Positions 47,601-58,955 are shown, counted from the first letter of the stretch. The stretch is 64,000 bases of DNA from Iphione sp. A-MEVVRFRX5 (GCA_976226885.1 OZ320321.1:56544001-56608000); one strand, 5' to 3'. The notes: generated from the sequence alone by a model not told the origin. Numbers and translations: made by a program.

Positions 47601-50600
47601 TATTTTAGTCAGTAGTGGAACTATTATTCAGTGTTTGTATGTCTTTGGTTTTACTTGCAGTTTGCGACATATAGAGCGGGAGTACCAAGTTCTCAAAGAA
47701 GAGGCTCCCCGGCTTCGAGCAGAGATCGACAAACTTAGAAAGGTAAAGTGTTCATCCCAACATGTCTCTCCTTACTAATCGGGAAAAATCCCTTCATTGG
47801 CAGCAGATCATGGTGCGGTGATGGCGACAAAGCTGTTTTCCAACATTGTGGGAAACTCTGTCATCTAGTGAACGTATCTTGACAGCAGCAAATAAAAAAC
47901 AGCTATAATAGCATTAACATACAAGCCTGCTGCGATCTTAGGCTACATTTCCATGCGCCCGTAGATGCCGCCCGTATTTCGCCCGAAACAACAGAAAGGC
48001 TATATTTTTTTTCCAAATTACAACGACCCCAGAACACAGTGCCCGTGTTTTTTTGTCAGGACATATGCACACACACTCTAATGGACACACACACGGACAC
48101 ACACTCAATAGGTGTTACTCTAAAAATAAAGAAGTTGTATTTACTATGATGGAAATAGCAGTCACATTAAGGACTAATCTGAGTACAGGTATACCTCTCT
48201 GAACAAATCCTCTGAGAACGAAGCTTCTTAATAATGAGGTCAGGGGTAATAGTGGGAAAAATATCCACTGAAGATCAACTATCAGTGTCCCCGAAAGTAA
48301 ATATACCATGCTTCTGTCAACAAAGTTTCTGATATCGAATGGATTCCTTGGAACAACTTTTGTTCTTTAAGAGAGGTACATGTATACCGGTCATTGTAGT
48401 TTTCCAGGTATTTTCATGAGAGTAAATTATGGCAGAGAATTGCAGATTTTTCCAATTGTAGTCATTCTCCTTATGTTGTAAATGTCCCTCTATCCAATGC
48501 TCTATATTATGTTTTTCTATCCTTGTCTCCAGGACAATGTGCACCTGGAGGAGAAGCTCAGTGAGACGCAGTACCAGCTGCTCTCCATGGCTGAGGAACA
48601 CCAGGACCTGCAGGACCGCTCCAGGGGCTACAACGACGACCTCCGACAGGAGCGCGACGTACACTCACAGGTACGCGCTATCAGCACCACAGGTGGTGTA
48701 GTGAGTCGGACTAAACATTTGATAAAACTGGCGCGACGAACGTAGCGGAAATAAAAATATTGGGAAAAAATGACAATATCGTTAACCCAGGATGTATGAA
48801 TGAGTGAATAAATAAATAGATAGATGATAAGGCATTTGGCCACATAAATCTGAACATATTACCTAATTGTTTCCTCTGTGTCGGGTCCTAGTTGTTGGAC
48901 GAGTTAACGAAGGAGCTGGAGGAGTTGAGGAGTTACAAGCTGGAGATGGAGGGGCGGAGTCGTTCGCACAGTCAGTCGCCCGCCGACATCAAAATGGCGC
49001 ATCGACGAGAGCTCGAGATGAAAGTCATCCAACTCAAAGAGGTCGGTGAAAGGATGTATACACGACAATAGTCATCTTAAATGTTTTATTCCTGGTTAAA
49101 ATGGGACTCTTCACCAAGTATGCGGTGCTGCCTCCTACTGATAGCCAACCTCATCATCATTTCTATCTTGTAATGCAGTATAGTTTGGTTTAGTTCTCAG
49201 GGTTCTCACTGTGATTGAGAGCACGTTCATAAATGGTTTAGGGGTTTCCAGAAGAAGCGAGTCTATGTTGCATTAATGTTTCGGTGGAACTAAACACCAC
49301 ACACACTGAGCTCGTGCTAGTCTTACTTGCTCCTCGTCCCTGTAAGGTTACTGTGTAACTAGTCTTATTTGCTCATCATACCCTTCAGGTTGCTGTACAA
49401 CTCTATAACATTTCACGTAGATGTCATCCTGTTTGAGGCCAAAATCAAAAGCTCAGTCCCCTGATTTGTTCTTGTTCTCTTTCCCTCGGTGAATCGATCC
49501 ATTTATCATCCCCTCCTCCTTCTCCTCCTGTCCCGCAGGAGAACGCGAGGCTGAAGGAGCAGAACGATGACCTGCACGCCCAGCTGCTCAACACGCGCCT
49601 GGAGGAGGGGCGCACGCTCCTCCAGAACGGCGCCCAGGCCTCCCTGGCCGCCGAGATGGAGACCCTACCGCGCGACGAGGTACGAACATCTGCTTGCCTT
49701 ACTCTTTAGTTGGTGTTATAAATAGAGGGACGTCCGAGGCTTCTGGTCGACTGGTGGCATGGAGGGTTGTCTCGAGGTGGAGGGGGACTTCCTCGCTTCG
49801 TTTCATGTGACAGCTGACGGGCCGGGGTTGATTGACACTTGGTTTTATACCAGGGAAAATCAACTGGAGTATGGAACGGGAAGGTTCTTTAGGGAGGGTC
49901 TTTCCTCTTGGTTTCTTCTGTGAACGTCTGTCTCGGCTGGTTTTGGTGTGGGAAAATCGACTGGAGTATGGAACGGGAAGGTTCTTTAGGAAGGTTCTTT
50001 CCTCTTGGTTTCTTCTGTGAACGTCTGTCTCGGCTGGTTTTGGTGTGGACACCCTTGGATGACTGTGTCTGATCAACACGGTGACGGACGAAATGCTGAA
50101 CAGCACATTTGTATTCTCAAATTTGGCCGTATCTAAATTGAACAATTATGTAGTCGGCTTAAGCTAACGTCCTTTTCCTGCATTCAGTCAGTTTCACATT
50201 CCTCTTATTTGTAATTTATTTTACAGAACTTTTTACAACAACCAAAAAAAAGAACAGAAAGTTATATCCCCAATTGATAGCATGTTCTTCTTCCATCTTC
50301 TTCTTCGGTTCTGTGTTGCCCTTGGGCAACCGAAGCTGCACTGTTCTCTGGAACAGGCACCCCCACTCCATCTGACTCTATGCACCGTATGCTCCCTCAG
50401 CCACTATCCAGCATCGACCTTTATGTTCTCGGAGATGTTTAACTACTGTTCAGATTGGTGATATGTAAACGTGTACCGCATATATAAATGTTTTGCATGA
50501 TCTGCATTTTGAGGCTGACAAATGTACTGTGCTGCGAAGCCATAAGCCTACGAGATCTTGGCACCGATTTTAAGCTTTGCCTTGCTATGAATATATCATT

Positions 50601-52466
50601 ATTGCCCTGCTTTCAGTTTATTTATAATACGTCAGTAAACACCAACAAGGTTTTCTCTGCGCAGAACGAAAATTTCTACTGCCTTTTGCTGCAGTTATTA
50701 TTGATTTATATTAAACTTATTTCTCAGCTTCATAACTTATGTTTTGGCTCATTTTAAAGCTGTTCGTATAAGATCATGTGTCCGAAAGAAAGGAGCTGCT
50801 ACAGATGACCCAGAAGTTTTCATAGAAGGAATCATGTTTGTAGAAGGTCAAAAATGTTTTATACTTTCCAGAATTCGGTTGAACGACAGCAGAAACAGGA
50901 GGTAGTTCTGCTTGCCTCTCTGTCTTTATTACTCAAGCTTTGTAAAGTATTAATATCATCAGATAAATATACAATGAGATACTTATTAGCTTCATCTATG
51001 TGAATGTGGTGTTTGCTTCACTTGTCAAAAGTTTCTCTTTATATCTCTCATTTCATATAGCATTCTTTCAAATGTTTCTGACATTATCAAGGTCAACTTG
51101 ACCCTATTTATGTTTTTATCTCTGTAGTAGTTTTTTTCCTTCCATATTCTTTTTGTTTAACAAAACTGTTGGAGTTTTGTTGAACAGATGAACATGGTAT
51201 ATATTTATACTTTTGACAAGTTCCTACTGGGAGATAAATCTGTAGAACCTAGGCTGGAGCGACATAAAGCTTCGTTACCTAGGCAGTAACTTTATCCTGG
51301 CAGTGCCAAAATACTTGTATGAAGTTAATGGTTTAGTGGTCATTTTACTTTCGTCTGCACTATTCCCTGCTCTAAAATCTAACCATATACCCTCGCTGCG
51401 CCGGTAAAGTCTGCTGATGTAGCTCCAGTCGTGTTGCTATACTAAGCGACCAAAAGCTACCTAATCGCTAACTTCCCTACTGCCTTAAAGTCTTGATCGT
51501 AATTCTTAATCCTCTCAGACAACATTTCAATCAAAATATCATAATCCCTGCTTTCATGTATCTAATATATCTACATACCATTACTATAGAAGATAAACCC
51601 CGTTTCACTATGAACTAATATTCTGTGACGTACCTGAAGTAGAGTCGTAACTCATCTGAAATGACGTACATTTTAACATATTATTCCCTATTTCGGTCTC
51701 TCAACACTGAGTCATGAATCAATTTTCAAATGATCACTTGTTAAACGTTAGTCTCGAAAGTAAGGGAGTAGAGAAAGAAAAGATCCGTGAAAGTGAGACG
51801 GTATGTATTTCCGATTAAGAAACCGTCACAAGTAGATTAACTTTTTTGTAAGATAGATTTCCAGAAGTCCCACTTGTCGTTCCGCCTAGGTATACTGATT
51901 CCCAAATTGATTTAGTTGTTTCTCTTTTTTATTTTAGTTACCCAATGATTCGAAAGTGAGCTTAACCTGGGTGGAAAGTGTAATAAGCTCATCTGTTTTC
52001 AGTTATTTTCATATTTTGAAGTCACAAGGAAAATATGTTTCTGGGTTTGTCCTTCTAATCGACACGTTTAATGGAATTCGTTGGACTCTTGTATATTATG
52101 TTGGAAATGTATTAAATACTTTTTCTTATTTATGTATCGACAGCTCTTTACCTTGGATCATTTCTTTAGCATAACCTTCCTTTTTATGATGACGCTGTGG
52201 CATTTTAACCGTGTCACATTTACATACGTGCGAGGATAGTTCGATTTAATTTGTTTGCACAACTTTTTTGTCAATATCATTTGTCTAACCAACACGTTCT
52301 ATAATTTCAGTTGCTACAAGCCCTGAAGGAACAACAGGAGGCCAATGGCAAGTTACGGGAGTATATCGACAGAATCATGCTCCAAATCATCGAGAAGGAC
52401 CCATCCATTTTGGAAGTCAACAATCGGTCACCGAGCAAACAAAAGTCGTCTGCTAAGAAGTCGTAG
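95..52466 (+). CDS. RAB11FIP3/4: Class II Rab11 family-interacting protein (FIP3/FIP4/nuf-like), 15 exons, 1779 nt CDS, 592 aa
   Basis: Exons 95-229, 12914-13013, 14295-14404, 28321-28583, 28984-29103, 40892-40927, 41790-41898, 44023-44126, 44940-45030, 45449-45492, 47661-47742, 48533-48670, 48892-49041, 49539-49679, 52311-52466 join in frame, all GT-AG with matching phases. N-terminal EF hands (RLRAVFDLCDVQKQGFITVRHF; LDSEGDGRIYFSDFCRG), FEDYGE motif, long coiled coil, and C-terminal FIP-RBD (SLAAEM...LKEQQEANGKLREYIDRIMLQIIEKDPSILEV) recognised from family knowledge. Confidence 0.95.
4694..5268. mobile_element. Candidate non-autonomous DNA transposon (MITE), 567 bp, TTAA-flanked with GGCC termini
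   Basis: TTAA at 4694-4697 and 5265-5268; termini GGCCCAGTTTC and (reverse complement) GGCCAGGTTTC, 9/11 identical; no coding capacity. Confidence 0.4.
5141..5175. repeat. (GC)n(AC)n microsatellite
   Basis: Read directly. Confidence 0.95.
6446..7861 (-). CDS. 471-aa intronless ORF: LINE ORF1-like (coiled coil, RRM-like, CTD) fused to a C-terminal NADAR/YbiA-like domain; probably transposon-derived; nested antisense in FIP intron 1
   Basis: Uninterrupted ORF. aa 1-99 low complexity. aa ~100-170 heptad coiled coil. aa ~171-305 show ORF1/Transposase_22-like motifs (EDRADSLIVDGLP...LKVRLRS...TFVKEDIP...KQGKRATVKGVDLVIEGETY). aa ~324-469 show the NADAR pattern (SAETAFQDAK...ARRIG...W...ILKAKY.LHPHLKEVLCRTG...GSNLLGVVLMKIR). 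Domain calls are by recognition, not by search. Confidence 0.8.
   Translation of the reverse strand: MRSQSGNKSKGRINTPVLRSSTRNRGRNETLSGSTLESCSDSNRGDNRGGKDTAPAPVDVNKGATHDVGVNADDGVTLDSPITESIDETTGEGEDSTGDKQDLLLLFKSLQTEVAELRRQNGELAAWKDTMSQCFDKLIKNHLLSLEARTTYLMKKCDRLDHELSRYEIEDRADSLIVDGLPGNNDADVEEESRSLLENILDIDRGDVVSVNKLSGSDTGNRLKVRLRSKGARNKALKNKPNLAKSNKYNKTFVKEDIPIRALDTHRLQIRHASSAKKQGKRATVKGVDLVIEGETYTPCDAAELPATIVPLEDSIRLGNDNKCHFSNNAIGLSTMERSPLIFNSICFDSAETAFQDAKSRICGDSRSGRELNNCASGFHARRIGSRIKTTTLWAEKCEVILTQILKAKYDLHPHLKEVLCRTGDSELLYADRCHVLGMGQTLHAGGNNNGTTVGSNLLGVVLMKIRSGFV
8175..8266. repeat. (GA)n/(GAGACA)n compound microsatellite
   Basis: Read directly. Confidence 0.95.
8385..8398. promoter_or_regulatory. 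Extended palindromic CRE/ATF-like site TGATGACGTCATCA
   Basis: Perfect 14-bp palindrome around the TGACGTCA core; function untested. Confidence 0.35.
12504..12750. repeat. Two-copy tandem duplication, ~123-bp period, rich in GTCT
   Basis: cagtaaatt(c/g)acagatactacctgtccgtccgtctgtctg starts at 12524 and 12647. Confidence 0.85.
12914..13013 (+). CDS. RAB11FIP3/4: FIP exon 2 (EF-hand 2)
   Basis: Acceptor ctttgcacag|; DLSDIVAVLDSEGDGRIYFSDFCRGVKQITELT; donor G|gtaaca, phase 1. Confidence 0.93.
13832..13866. repeat. (CA)n microsatellite
   Basis: Read directly. Confidence 0.95.
14295..14404 (+). CDS. RAB11FIP3/4: FIP exon 3
   Basis: Acceptor tttacttgcag|; GPGTPVSPIGSPQFPLTHHIGSEETLVPLDDDTISNG; donor |gtgagt; phase 1 to 0 fits neighbours. 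Confidence 0.82.
17519..17688. repeat. CT-rich tract ending in a pure (TC)n microsatellite
   Basis: Read directly. Confidence 0.95.
21681..21694 (+). promoter_or_regulatory. CTCF-like motif ACTGCAGAGGGCGC
   Basis: 12/14 match to CCASYAGRKGGCRS. Confidence 0.3.
27484..27507 (+). mobile_element. Possible 3' tail of a truncated non-LTR retroelement (AATAAA followed by TTTGAA repeats)
   Basis: aataaactttatttgaatttgaat; no coding remnant identified upstream. Confidence 0.2.
28321..28583 (+). CDS. RAB11FIP3/4: FIP exon 4 (acidic/Pro-rich linker)
   Basis: Acceptor ccttcag|; TQETSELSTYNEYDMMTDED...DDVDSAISGKSSDPNEQF; donor AG|gtgagc, phase 2; GC-rich coding-like composition. An in-frame tandem acceptor 6 nt downstream (acgcag) is possible. 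Confidence 0.88.
28984..29103 (+). CDS. RAB11FIP3/4: FIP exon 5 (FEDYGE motif)
   Basis: Acceptor ctgtggcag|; REQEVSEEEERFEDYGEADELESETDSHGTPSHGPKLNT; donor GG|gtaagt; symmetric phase 2-2. Confidence 0.9.
30115..30510. repeat. Minisatellite, ~95-98-bp unit, about 3.5-4 diverged copies
   Basis: ttggttga...tgagtgagag...cgcctgatgc recurs at 30180, 30275, 30372, 30470. Confidence 0.9.
34596..34636. repeat. (GT)n/(GCGT)n microsatellite
   Basis: Read directly. Confidence 0.95.
36278..36291 (-). promoter_or_regulatory. CTCF-like motif CCACCAGGCGGCGC
   Basis: 13/14 match to CCASYAGRKGGCRS; lies in a CpG-rich patch. Confidence 0.45.
40320..40810. repeat. GT-rich degenerate minisatellite with ~123-bp higher-order period
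   Basis: actatggatgtgtgtgtc at 40530 and 40653; gtggatctctg.gtgtttggatctgt twice; interspersed (GT)n. Confidence 0.8.
40892..40927 (+). CDS. RAB11FIP3/4: FIP exon 6 (36-nt mini-exon)
   Basis: Acceptor cgtttcag|; SCRRVTSNALA; donor AG|gtgagt; phase 2-2. Joined to exon 7 it gives RVTSNALASQLY, resembling the segment that precedes the coiled coil in FIP3/4/nuf. Confidence 0.85.
   Translation, partial: VMSPGHKQCPG
41790..41898 (+). CDS. RAB11FIP3/4: FIP exon 7
   Basis: Acceptor gtcttcag|; QLYRGIGSSAGTSRRSSCSDEVFDDIDGNLMELNDK; donor |gttagt, phase 0. Confidence 0.88.
44023..44126 (+). CDS. RAB11FIP3/4: FIP exon 8 (coiled coil)
   Basis: Acceptor ttctcccag|; VKKLEGQIGNLTDGQSKSEEKHIRLKEENGILIT; donor CG|gtaagc, phase 2. 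Confidence 0.92.
44940..45030 (+). CDS. RAB11FIP3/4: FIP exon 9 (coiled coil)
   Basis: Acceptor ttttcgatcag|; RIHTLEEQLRDVEFKANSTLEEERRKQRELM; donor |gtgagt, phase 0. Confidence 0.93.
45449..45492 (+). CDS. RAB11FIP3/4: FIP exon 10
   Basis: Acceptor cctctttgcag|; SRSDRAQEIELLTI; donor AG|gtaaga, phase 2. Confidence 0.88.
47661..47742 (+). CDS. RAB11FIP3/4: FIP exon 11
   Basis: Acceptor ttttacttgcag|; LRHIEREYQVLKEEAPRLRAEIDKLRK; donor |gtaaag, phase 0. Confidence 0.92.
48533..48670 (+). CDS. RAB11FIP3/4: FIP exon 12
   Basis: Acceptor ttgtctccag|; DNVHLEEKLSETQYQLLSMAEEHQDLQDRSRGYNDDLRQERDVHSQ; donor |gtacgc. Confidence 0.92.
48892..49041 (+). CDS. RAB11FIP3/4: FIP exon 13
   Basis: Acceptor gtcctag|; LLDELTKELEELRSYKLEMEGRSRSHSQSPADIKMAHRRELEMKVIQLKE; donor |gtcggt. 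Confidence 0.9.
49539..49679 (+). CDS. RAB11FIP3/4: FIP exon 14
   Basis: Long pyrimidine tract then cccgcag|; ENARLKEQNDDLHAQLLNTRLEEGRTLLQNGAQASLAAEMETLPRDE; donor |gtacga. Confidence 0.94.
49853..50048. repeat. Near-identical 97-bp direct tandem duplication
   Basis: gggaaaatc.actggagtatggaacgggaaggttctttagg...tctcggctggttttggtgtgg begins at 49853 and 49950. Confidence 0.93.
52311..52466 (+). CDS. RAB11FIP3/4: FIP exon 15 (Rab11-binding domain, stop)
   Basis: Acceptor aatttcag|; LLQALKEQQEANGKLREYIDRIMLQIIEKDPSILEVNNRSPSKQKSSAKKS then TAG; matches the FIP-RBD consensus (YID.....I....P.ILEV). Confidence 0.95.
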   Translation: MLQALKEQQEANGKLREYIDRIMLQIIEKDPSILEVNNRSPSKQKSSAKKS

Positions 52467-55400
52467 GGCGGGAGTGAGGCTTGGTCAAAAGCACTGGTGC
52501 ATGCCATACGAGGGTACATACGATGATAAAACAAGTTTAATCTTGTTAGATATTGTAATTTAAAGTAGGAAAATGTCTTTTTTCAACGTGAACCATCCTG
52601 TCTGTGCACAGTTTTATGTGACTACAAACGCCTACTGGCGTTTGCTGTGGACGGGACGATTTGCGTCTTGATACGTACGTGTATTCGACAATGACCTCCA
52701 TGTTATTGCCTAAATAACCAGCAGTGGCCTCGACTCTCATCTCAGTATAGCTGTTACATCTGATGTTTCTTTTCTCTATGGTGTGCTGCTGGAATGTAAT
52801 TTATAGGGTATTGAGATGCGTTTCCAGAAAAAGCTATGTTTTCCCCGGTCATTACATTCCTTTTATTGAAAACTGTTAAGACATACTGATATCCTAGGAT
52901 AATCAGACGGTATATATTCGTGTATATCCTTGTGAAAACGATGCAATTTCTTCCTATTAATACCATAAAGGGACTGTTATGAAATTTGTATATGAACTTT
53001 TTGTCTTTATATACAATACTCAAGAACAAATTAGATCTGGTATAAATAGTATTATTAACTTAATGAATAATGTTTTGAAAACCTGTTTATAGGATTCTTA
53101 AATGGAAACATCTTTTTTTAAAGGAACTGTGGAATGAAATGCAGAGAGATAATTTATTGAACTGTATTTGTTGCGGATGATATTTTCACCCGTTGCGTGA
53201 TGTTAACCTGGAGCAATTGTAAATAAGCGTTTACACACCATATCCGCCGATCAGTTAAAAAGGGACCAGATCAGGATCTACCGAGAGAACTTGTTCCTTC
53301 ACTTGGGTTGGTGCGCAGCTCCTGTTTTTGATTGAAAAAGACGTGAATTACTTGTCGATGGAAGAATAATGTAAATACATGTATCAATTCAATGCCGTTC
53401 GACACATGACGTGAACGTTGCGATACAAATCTGTAATATTGTTGCACAAGTGAACACTTCCAAGGCTTAGTCGTTAAGTGAAGGTCATATTTTTAGCACA
53501 GAATTTTATTGACCAAAATACATAGGTCAGCAGGTGCTGAAAAACAGTGTTAAATGATTTTAAGCCACACGAATGAGAAAAATTATATTTTTCCCCAAAT
53601 GTGGGTGATGATTGCATGAAACTCATTTCGATGGAATGATCTAGTTATACGTAGGGAACAATGGTTGGTTTAGATCGACAAATCAGCTAATATTGGTAAC
53701 CATTGACTCCCTATTGATTAGTCAGTTGGTTAGTTTCACACAAAGAACTTCATATGCATGGTAAGCAAAAACACACATTTCAAGATACACCGAAAATGAT
53801 CCAGTATTGTTAGTCGAAAGTGTTAGTAGAACCATTGTATTTCCCCCTCGTAAGTCTAAACATTGTTTATAGAAGTAAGTAATTTTTGCGGGATTCGATT
53901 TCCGATATATAACTAGTAACATTCTAATGAAAAGTTGCCTTGCTCGGCATCTTTAAGATCATTTCGTCGGTTTCGTTTTTGGCCTTTTGTACGTAATGAA
54001 GAAATATGACGGTCTACTTTTATATGTAAATCACAAACATTCAAACGCACATCTTGTTGGTGTTACTAAGGATATAATACTGGCCATCTGGTTTGGGACA
54101 GAATCGATATGGAATACTATGTGCTTAATAATTGTAGGCGGTTTCATGCTAACACCTTCATTAAGAGTTCTTTTTTTTATTGTAGATTAGAAATCAGTAC
54201 ACATATATATATATATATATCATGAAAAATGAAAAGAGTGTGTATATGATATGGATATGGATGTTGAATGATGTATGTATGTCCTTTCAGGAGCTGATAA
54301 ATAGCGATGCTCGATGTGTATATAATTCTATGGGTGTTCCTCTCATCCGTTGCTTATTGTAATACTTCCTTGTAGATACCGAGCTTTTTATATGTATAGG
54401 ATTATGTATGAGGTACAGCCGGGTGGAACTGTGAGAGAAAAGAAAGCAATATCTCTGGGAACTTCACCGTTGCTCTCATAAACTACTGTGTGTGGATTTT
54501 TAAATGGATAGCGTATCTCCCATCTGCTTTTTCCCCCCCTGTGCTTTTATTTTTCTGAAGGCTGCCTTAGATGGCGTTGCATTCTGTGCCCTTTATAGGT
54601 GCCTTTCATCTTCTATCTCTTCCTGGCCACAGGAAAGTTCTCTCTCCGTCCCGCATGAAGAATGGTGTTCGATCACTTGAAACGCGTTTAACTTGCCTAC
54701 CTGTGCCCTCAGCTGTAGTTTGTACTGCTCGGTATCTGGGTTAGGAGAAGCACCTGAAAAAAAATCTTAACATAAATACAAACATACTACTTAAGAGTGT
54801 TCAATAAACTCATGTATATTTGTACTTTACCAATGCTGAGAAAGTTCCTCGACCACCGTTGCAACGAAAAAAAAGAGGAATATTTGATGTCTCCTCAGGC
54901 TGTACAACCAATAATTGTCATTTTGATCTTACTGCTACGTTTTAGATTAGTCAGAGGGTGTGCCCGCCCCTACAGATTGTATTAAGGGACTAGCTTCTTT
55001 TAAGTATTTCTTCTCTATACTTTCGTCAGGTGACAGAATTTTAACTCGAGTAAATGATGATTATTTTCTTGAAAGCAGAAAGTAGGTCATCTTTTAGTAA
55101 CGTGCACTTGGGGTAAGCATCCTTTAATCTCAGTGTATCATCATGCTAAGATAATTGCAGTTACCTGCAGGAAAGCTGAAACTATTGTGAAGGGATATGA
55201 TCTTTAATATTTCCTTTGTCTAACGGTTACTCGGAAATGGAAACGTACCTTCTGCTACGGTCTTACTTAATCAAATTATTACATTCGAGCCGGGAGGAAG
55301 TACGAGGCGACATTGAAAATGCAAAATCAGTATCTTTATGTTTACGCTCACTTTTGTGTTGACATTCCATGTAGCATGATCTCAGGCTTCGTTTCCCCAG

Positions 55401-58400
55401 TCTTAACTTCAACATTTTCCACTTGTTGATTGGAAGTGTGCTCAGAACACTTGCTGTGAACATGGATCCTGTATACCTGTGCATGTATACGCACACTTTT
55501 TCTCAGCTCAAGTAAGCCCCAGTTTCCATGTACACATGCAAGGGTATTTTTTTTAGTTCATGTTCCTGCTCTCACAACACAAAATCAAAGGAGTACAGAT
55601 TCTGCGTCGGGAGAGAAGAAAAATGGATGGCAAACATGGCTGCATGGAAATTGAGCCTTAGTTCAACAATTATACCTATGTATGTATATATGATGCATGT
55701 GTAGATGAAAATATGTCTCTGTTTGAGTGTTACTGGTGCAGTACTGATATACAAAAATACAAAAAATGTATTCACCCAACAGTGAATGATCAACTTTTAA
55801 ATTGCTTGTGTGCAGGAGCCTCTGTAAGGTCATAAATACATATTTCATCATGTTAAGCAGTTTACGTCCGTTTATCTCTGTTGAGATGTTGTTTGCAACA
55901 TGATATCAATCCCTAGAGTATTTTGAGATAAGAGCATGTACTAAAATCAAGTACCCTTTTCCTCTCTGAAGTTTGTTGGTATTGCCTTATTCCTTAATCC
56001 ACATAGAATGGGAATTCAATCACTTAACAAGTTGCTACTACTTATGAAGCTTGACTGCTTTGTTTTGTGGACCCCCATTGGGTACTTATGACATATCAGC
56101 GCAGGTAGGCCCCGCTTTTGCTATTGCTCTTAGACCATTCAGGACTTGTTTTTGTTTTTAACTGCGAGGTCGATTTTACAACAAAAGAACGTCGCCTGCA
56201 GAAGGTATTGAAGTACTTAGAACTGCGAAATCATCAGATGATAACGAGCCCAATAGCACCCTAACCATCTTGTACATTATACTGTATTGTATTTAATCGC
56301 CATGGATGGACACAGAAAAGAACTCAAAAATATATAATCTACATCGATAATCGTCTCTGAATTATGGTTCACATATAAAAATAGGCTGGAAGTGGAATTA
56401 ATTCTTGCAGGAAATCCTTTTCATTTCCGTTCATCGGTGCACTTAAATTGTAATTGTTAATACAAACCACCCATGTTATATGTTTGGTGATGATTCTTTG
56501 CGGTCGGAAGCGGTATCCATCCTAACGCTCCGACGTATTCTCTTGGAAACTCGGCTGTCTCACTTGGTACACGCAGAGAGTAGCTTTATAGACTCTTGAG
56601 CGATCTATTGACCGGCAGTTAAAGTATGGTAGGACTAACCTATTTATGATGTTTTCTACAATATGAAATAGTCCATGTGTTCCTGCTCCGTCCGACTATT
56701 TCTGAATGGTAACTACCGTGATGATTCTGTACGTAACCCATCAATGATCCTTTGTATACTTTTCTCCCATTCATTTGAAACTCTTTGTCAGTTAGATGCA
56801 AATCGTAGTTATTAATAAATGGCACCCACTTTAAGACATGTTTTCTGTGTTTTATATTATTGTCGCTAGGTGGCATTATATTGTCTTGTATAGTGTCATC
56901 TCGCGTGTAACAGTCACATAGAAATACTTACGTACCGTATGTCAGCAAGGGAACGACAAACGTTAACTTTTATCAAGCTTGCTTCTTGACCAGTTCACTA
57001 CATAAGGAACCATGCCCCGCCCTGATAGAATTGATCATTTGTCTCTTGCATTCAAGAGGGGAGAGGTTTGGGGGGCATAGGAATACACGTAATAATGTCT
57101 GACTGGCAATCATTCATCACGACGATGTGGGGATGAACCGATCTCGTAATGTGTTTTCCTTAAAAAAAAGTTGATTACCACTGACTAGTTCCTCTATGAT
57201 TTCAAGGTATTTCAAGATTAAATATACAGGCACCTCTCAGCCGTAGTCTGCTCAGCGAAGCAGAACCATCAATGGTTTTGCGTGATTGAACAGCCAACGA
57301 GAAACCAATTGACCCTACGCGTCCCAATGATTCTTGTTGAGACTTGCAGTGTCCAAGATTATCGTTCGATGTCGCTGAAATTGGCCCGCTAATAGCGAAA
57401 AATATTTATGGATTCAAGTAACTGCAGCAAGTAGAACTAGATATTATCAGCAATGATGTTGATTTATCATGTTGGACTGCAGCGCCACCTATGGAGACGT
57501 TGGTATCTCTCTGTCCGCCAGAATACGGGCCGCCACTCTATTACTCATTCCATCCTACTCTCTGCGACAGTATGCAAACGTGGGACACACATGGATGGTT
57601 GTTTTCTGACAATGAAAACATTTAATATTAGTTTCTGTATGCTCCATAATACTATGACAGCTATACACAATCGAGAAGAACCACTCGCTACAGACAAGTT
57701 AATCGTTCATTTCCGAATGATTCTAAAACTTACGGTGCCTCGTAACACACGTAATCACACTAAAACTATATGTCCGTATGTGAAACGACAATGTAAGAAG
57801 CACTCATAGATATCGATTTCGATTCCAACAATGAAAAACCCATCATCTCACGACGAAAAGGAAATAACCTACGGACACAAGTTACATGACTGACGGCGGG
57901 ATGGCCGGTTGTTTTGCATTGTCTTGGACTTGGTGCTGAGTTGGGGGCATGTCAGTCATCGAAGTTTTTCCTTGGCATACACTTCAGTCTCTCTTCTTAG
58001 GGGCTTTTTACATGCGTCCTGACTTGTCTGTCCTACATCCAGATGCATATGCCTAGGTTTTCCAGCCTTTTACAAGCAACACAGTCATTTAGATGTGTCC
58101 TCCCTTTTACGGATACGTGCCTGGTTGCAGATCTCCACCTATCCAGGTCGGATTTTCTCTAGGTCGGGGCACGGATTCCATAAGAAGCAATAGTAAAATA
58201 CATCTGGTAACCATATGTAAAGCATTATCCACAGGGGGCCTTGACATACCCGTCAGGATGCGGGACAGAAAAATAAGAAAACTTGTGAAAAGCCCCTTAT
58301 TTTCCATTGCCGAGCACAGACCAGGTTATCAAGGACACGATAGGAAAACGTGTTCTCAAAAGACGATGACAGTCGATATTGCGATCACTGTCTGCCTCTA

Positions 58401-58955
58401 ATGATGCATCTCTCGCCATGTCCACAACAAAACTTGATCATTATAATACAGTTCATAAGTCCACAGACTGACTCTTCTTTCGAATAGAGGAAAATTTCAA
58501 TATTTTAAACCTAGTTTACACATAGTAGAATGATTCGTGTAAAAAAAAATACATGTTTGTTTTAGCAGAATGATTCGCGTTAGTTAAAGAAACACCAGGA
58601 GGTGCAGGTGTCCCCAGGGCAGGATGCCTTAACAATGAGCAAAGGTGATCCGGTTTCTATCCTACTGCACTTTGTGGCATCAGCAGGTGTCTCCGTAACC
58701 TTGCCATTGCAGAAGGTTACGATTCTATCTTATTTTTACAACAAATGTTTTCCCTTCGCATGTATACGAACAACAACTCTTCGTTCAGTTCTAGAATTGC
58801 CAACAGTGTTTTTCATGCATGCTTCATGAGAGAAAATGGGAAAGAGAAACATTTCGGAATCTGCGGTTCTTTTTCCAACGACGTTACCAAAGTGCCCGAG
58901 TATAAATATAGGCAGTGTTTTGTTTGTACAAAAGCGAACTTTTGAAGCGCTTTTT

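Noticed and set aside
49699-50145. 148-aa minus-strand ORF with an internal repeat
   Set aside because: Explained by the 97-bp tandem duplication; no coding signature.
57886-57959. ATGACTGAC...GTCAGTCAT hairpin as a SECIS-like element
   Set aside because: Only a 9-bp stem, no apical AA or proper quartet, and neither neighbouring gene has an in-frame UGA.
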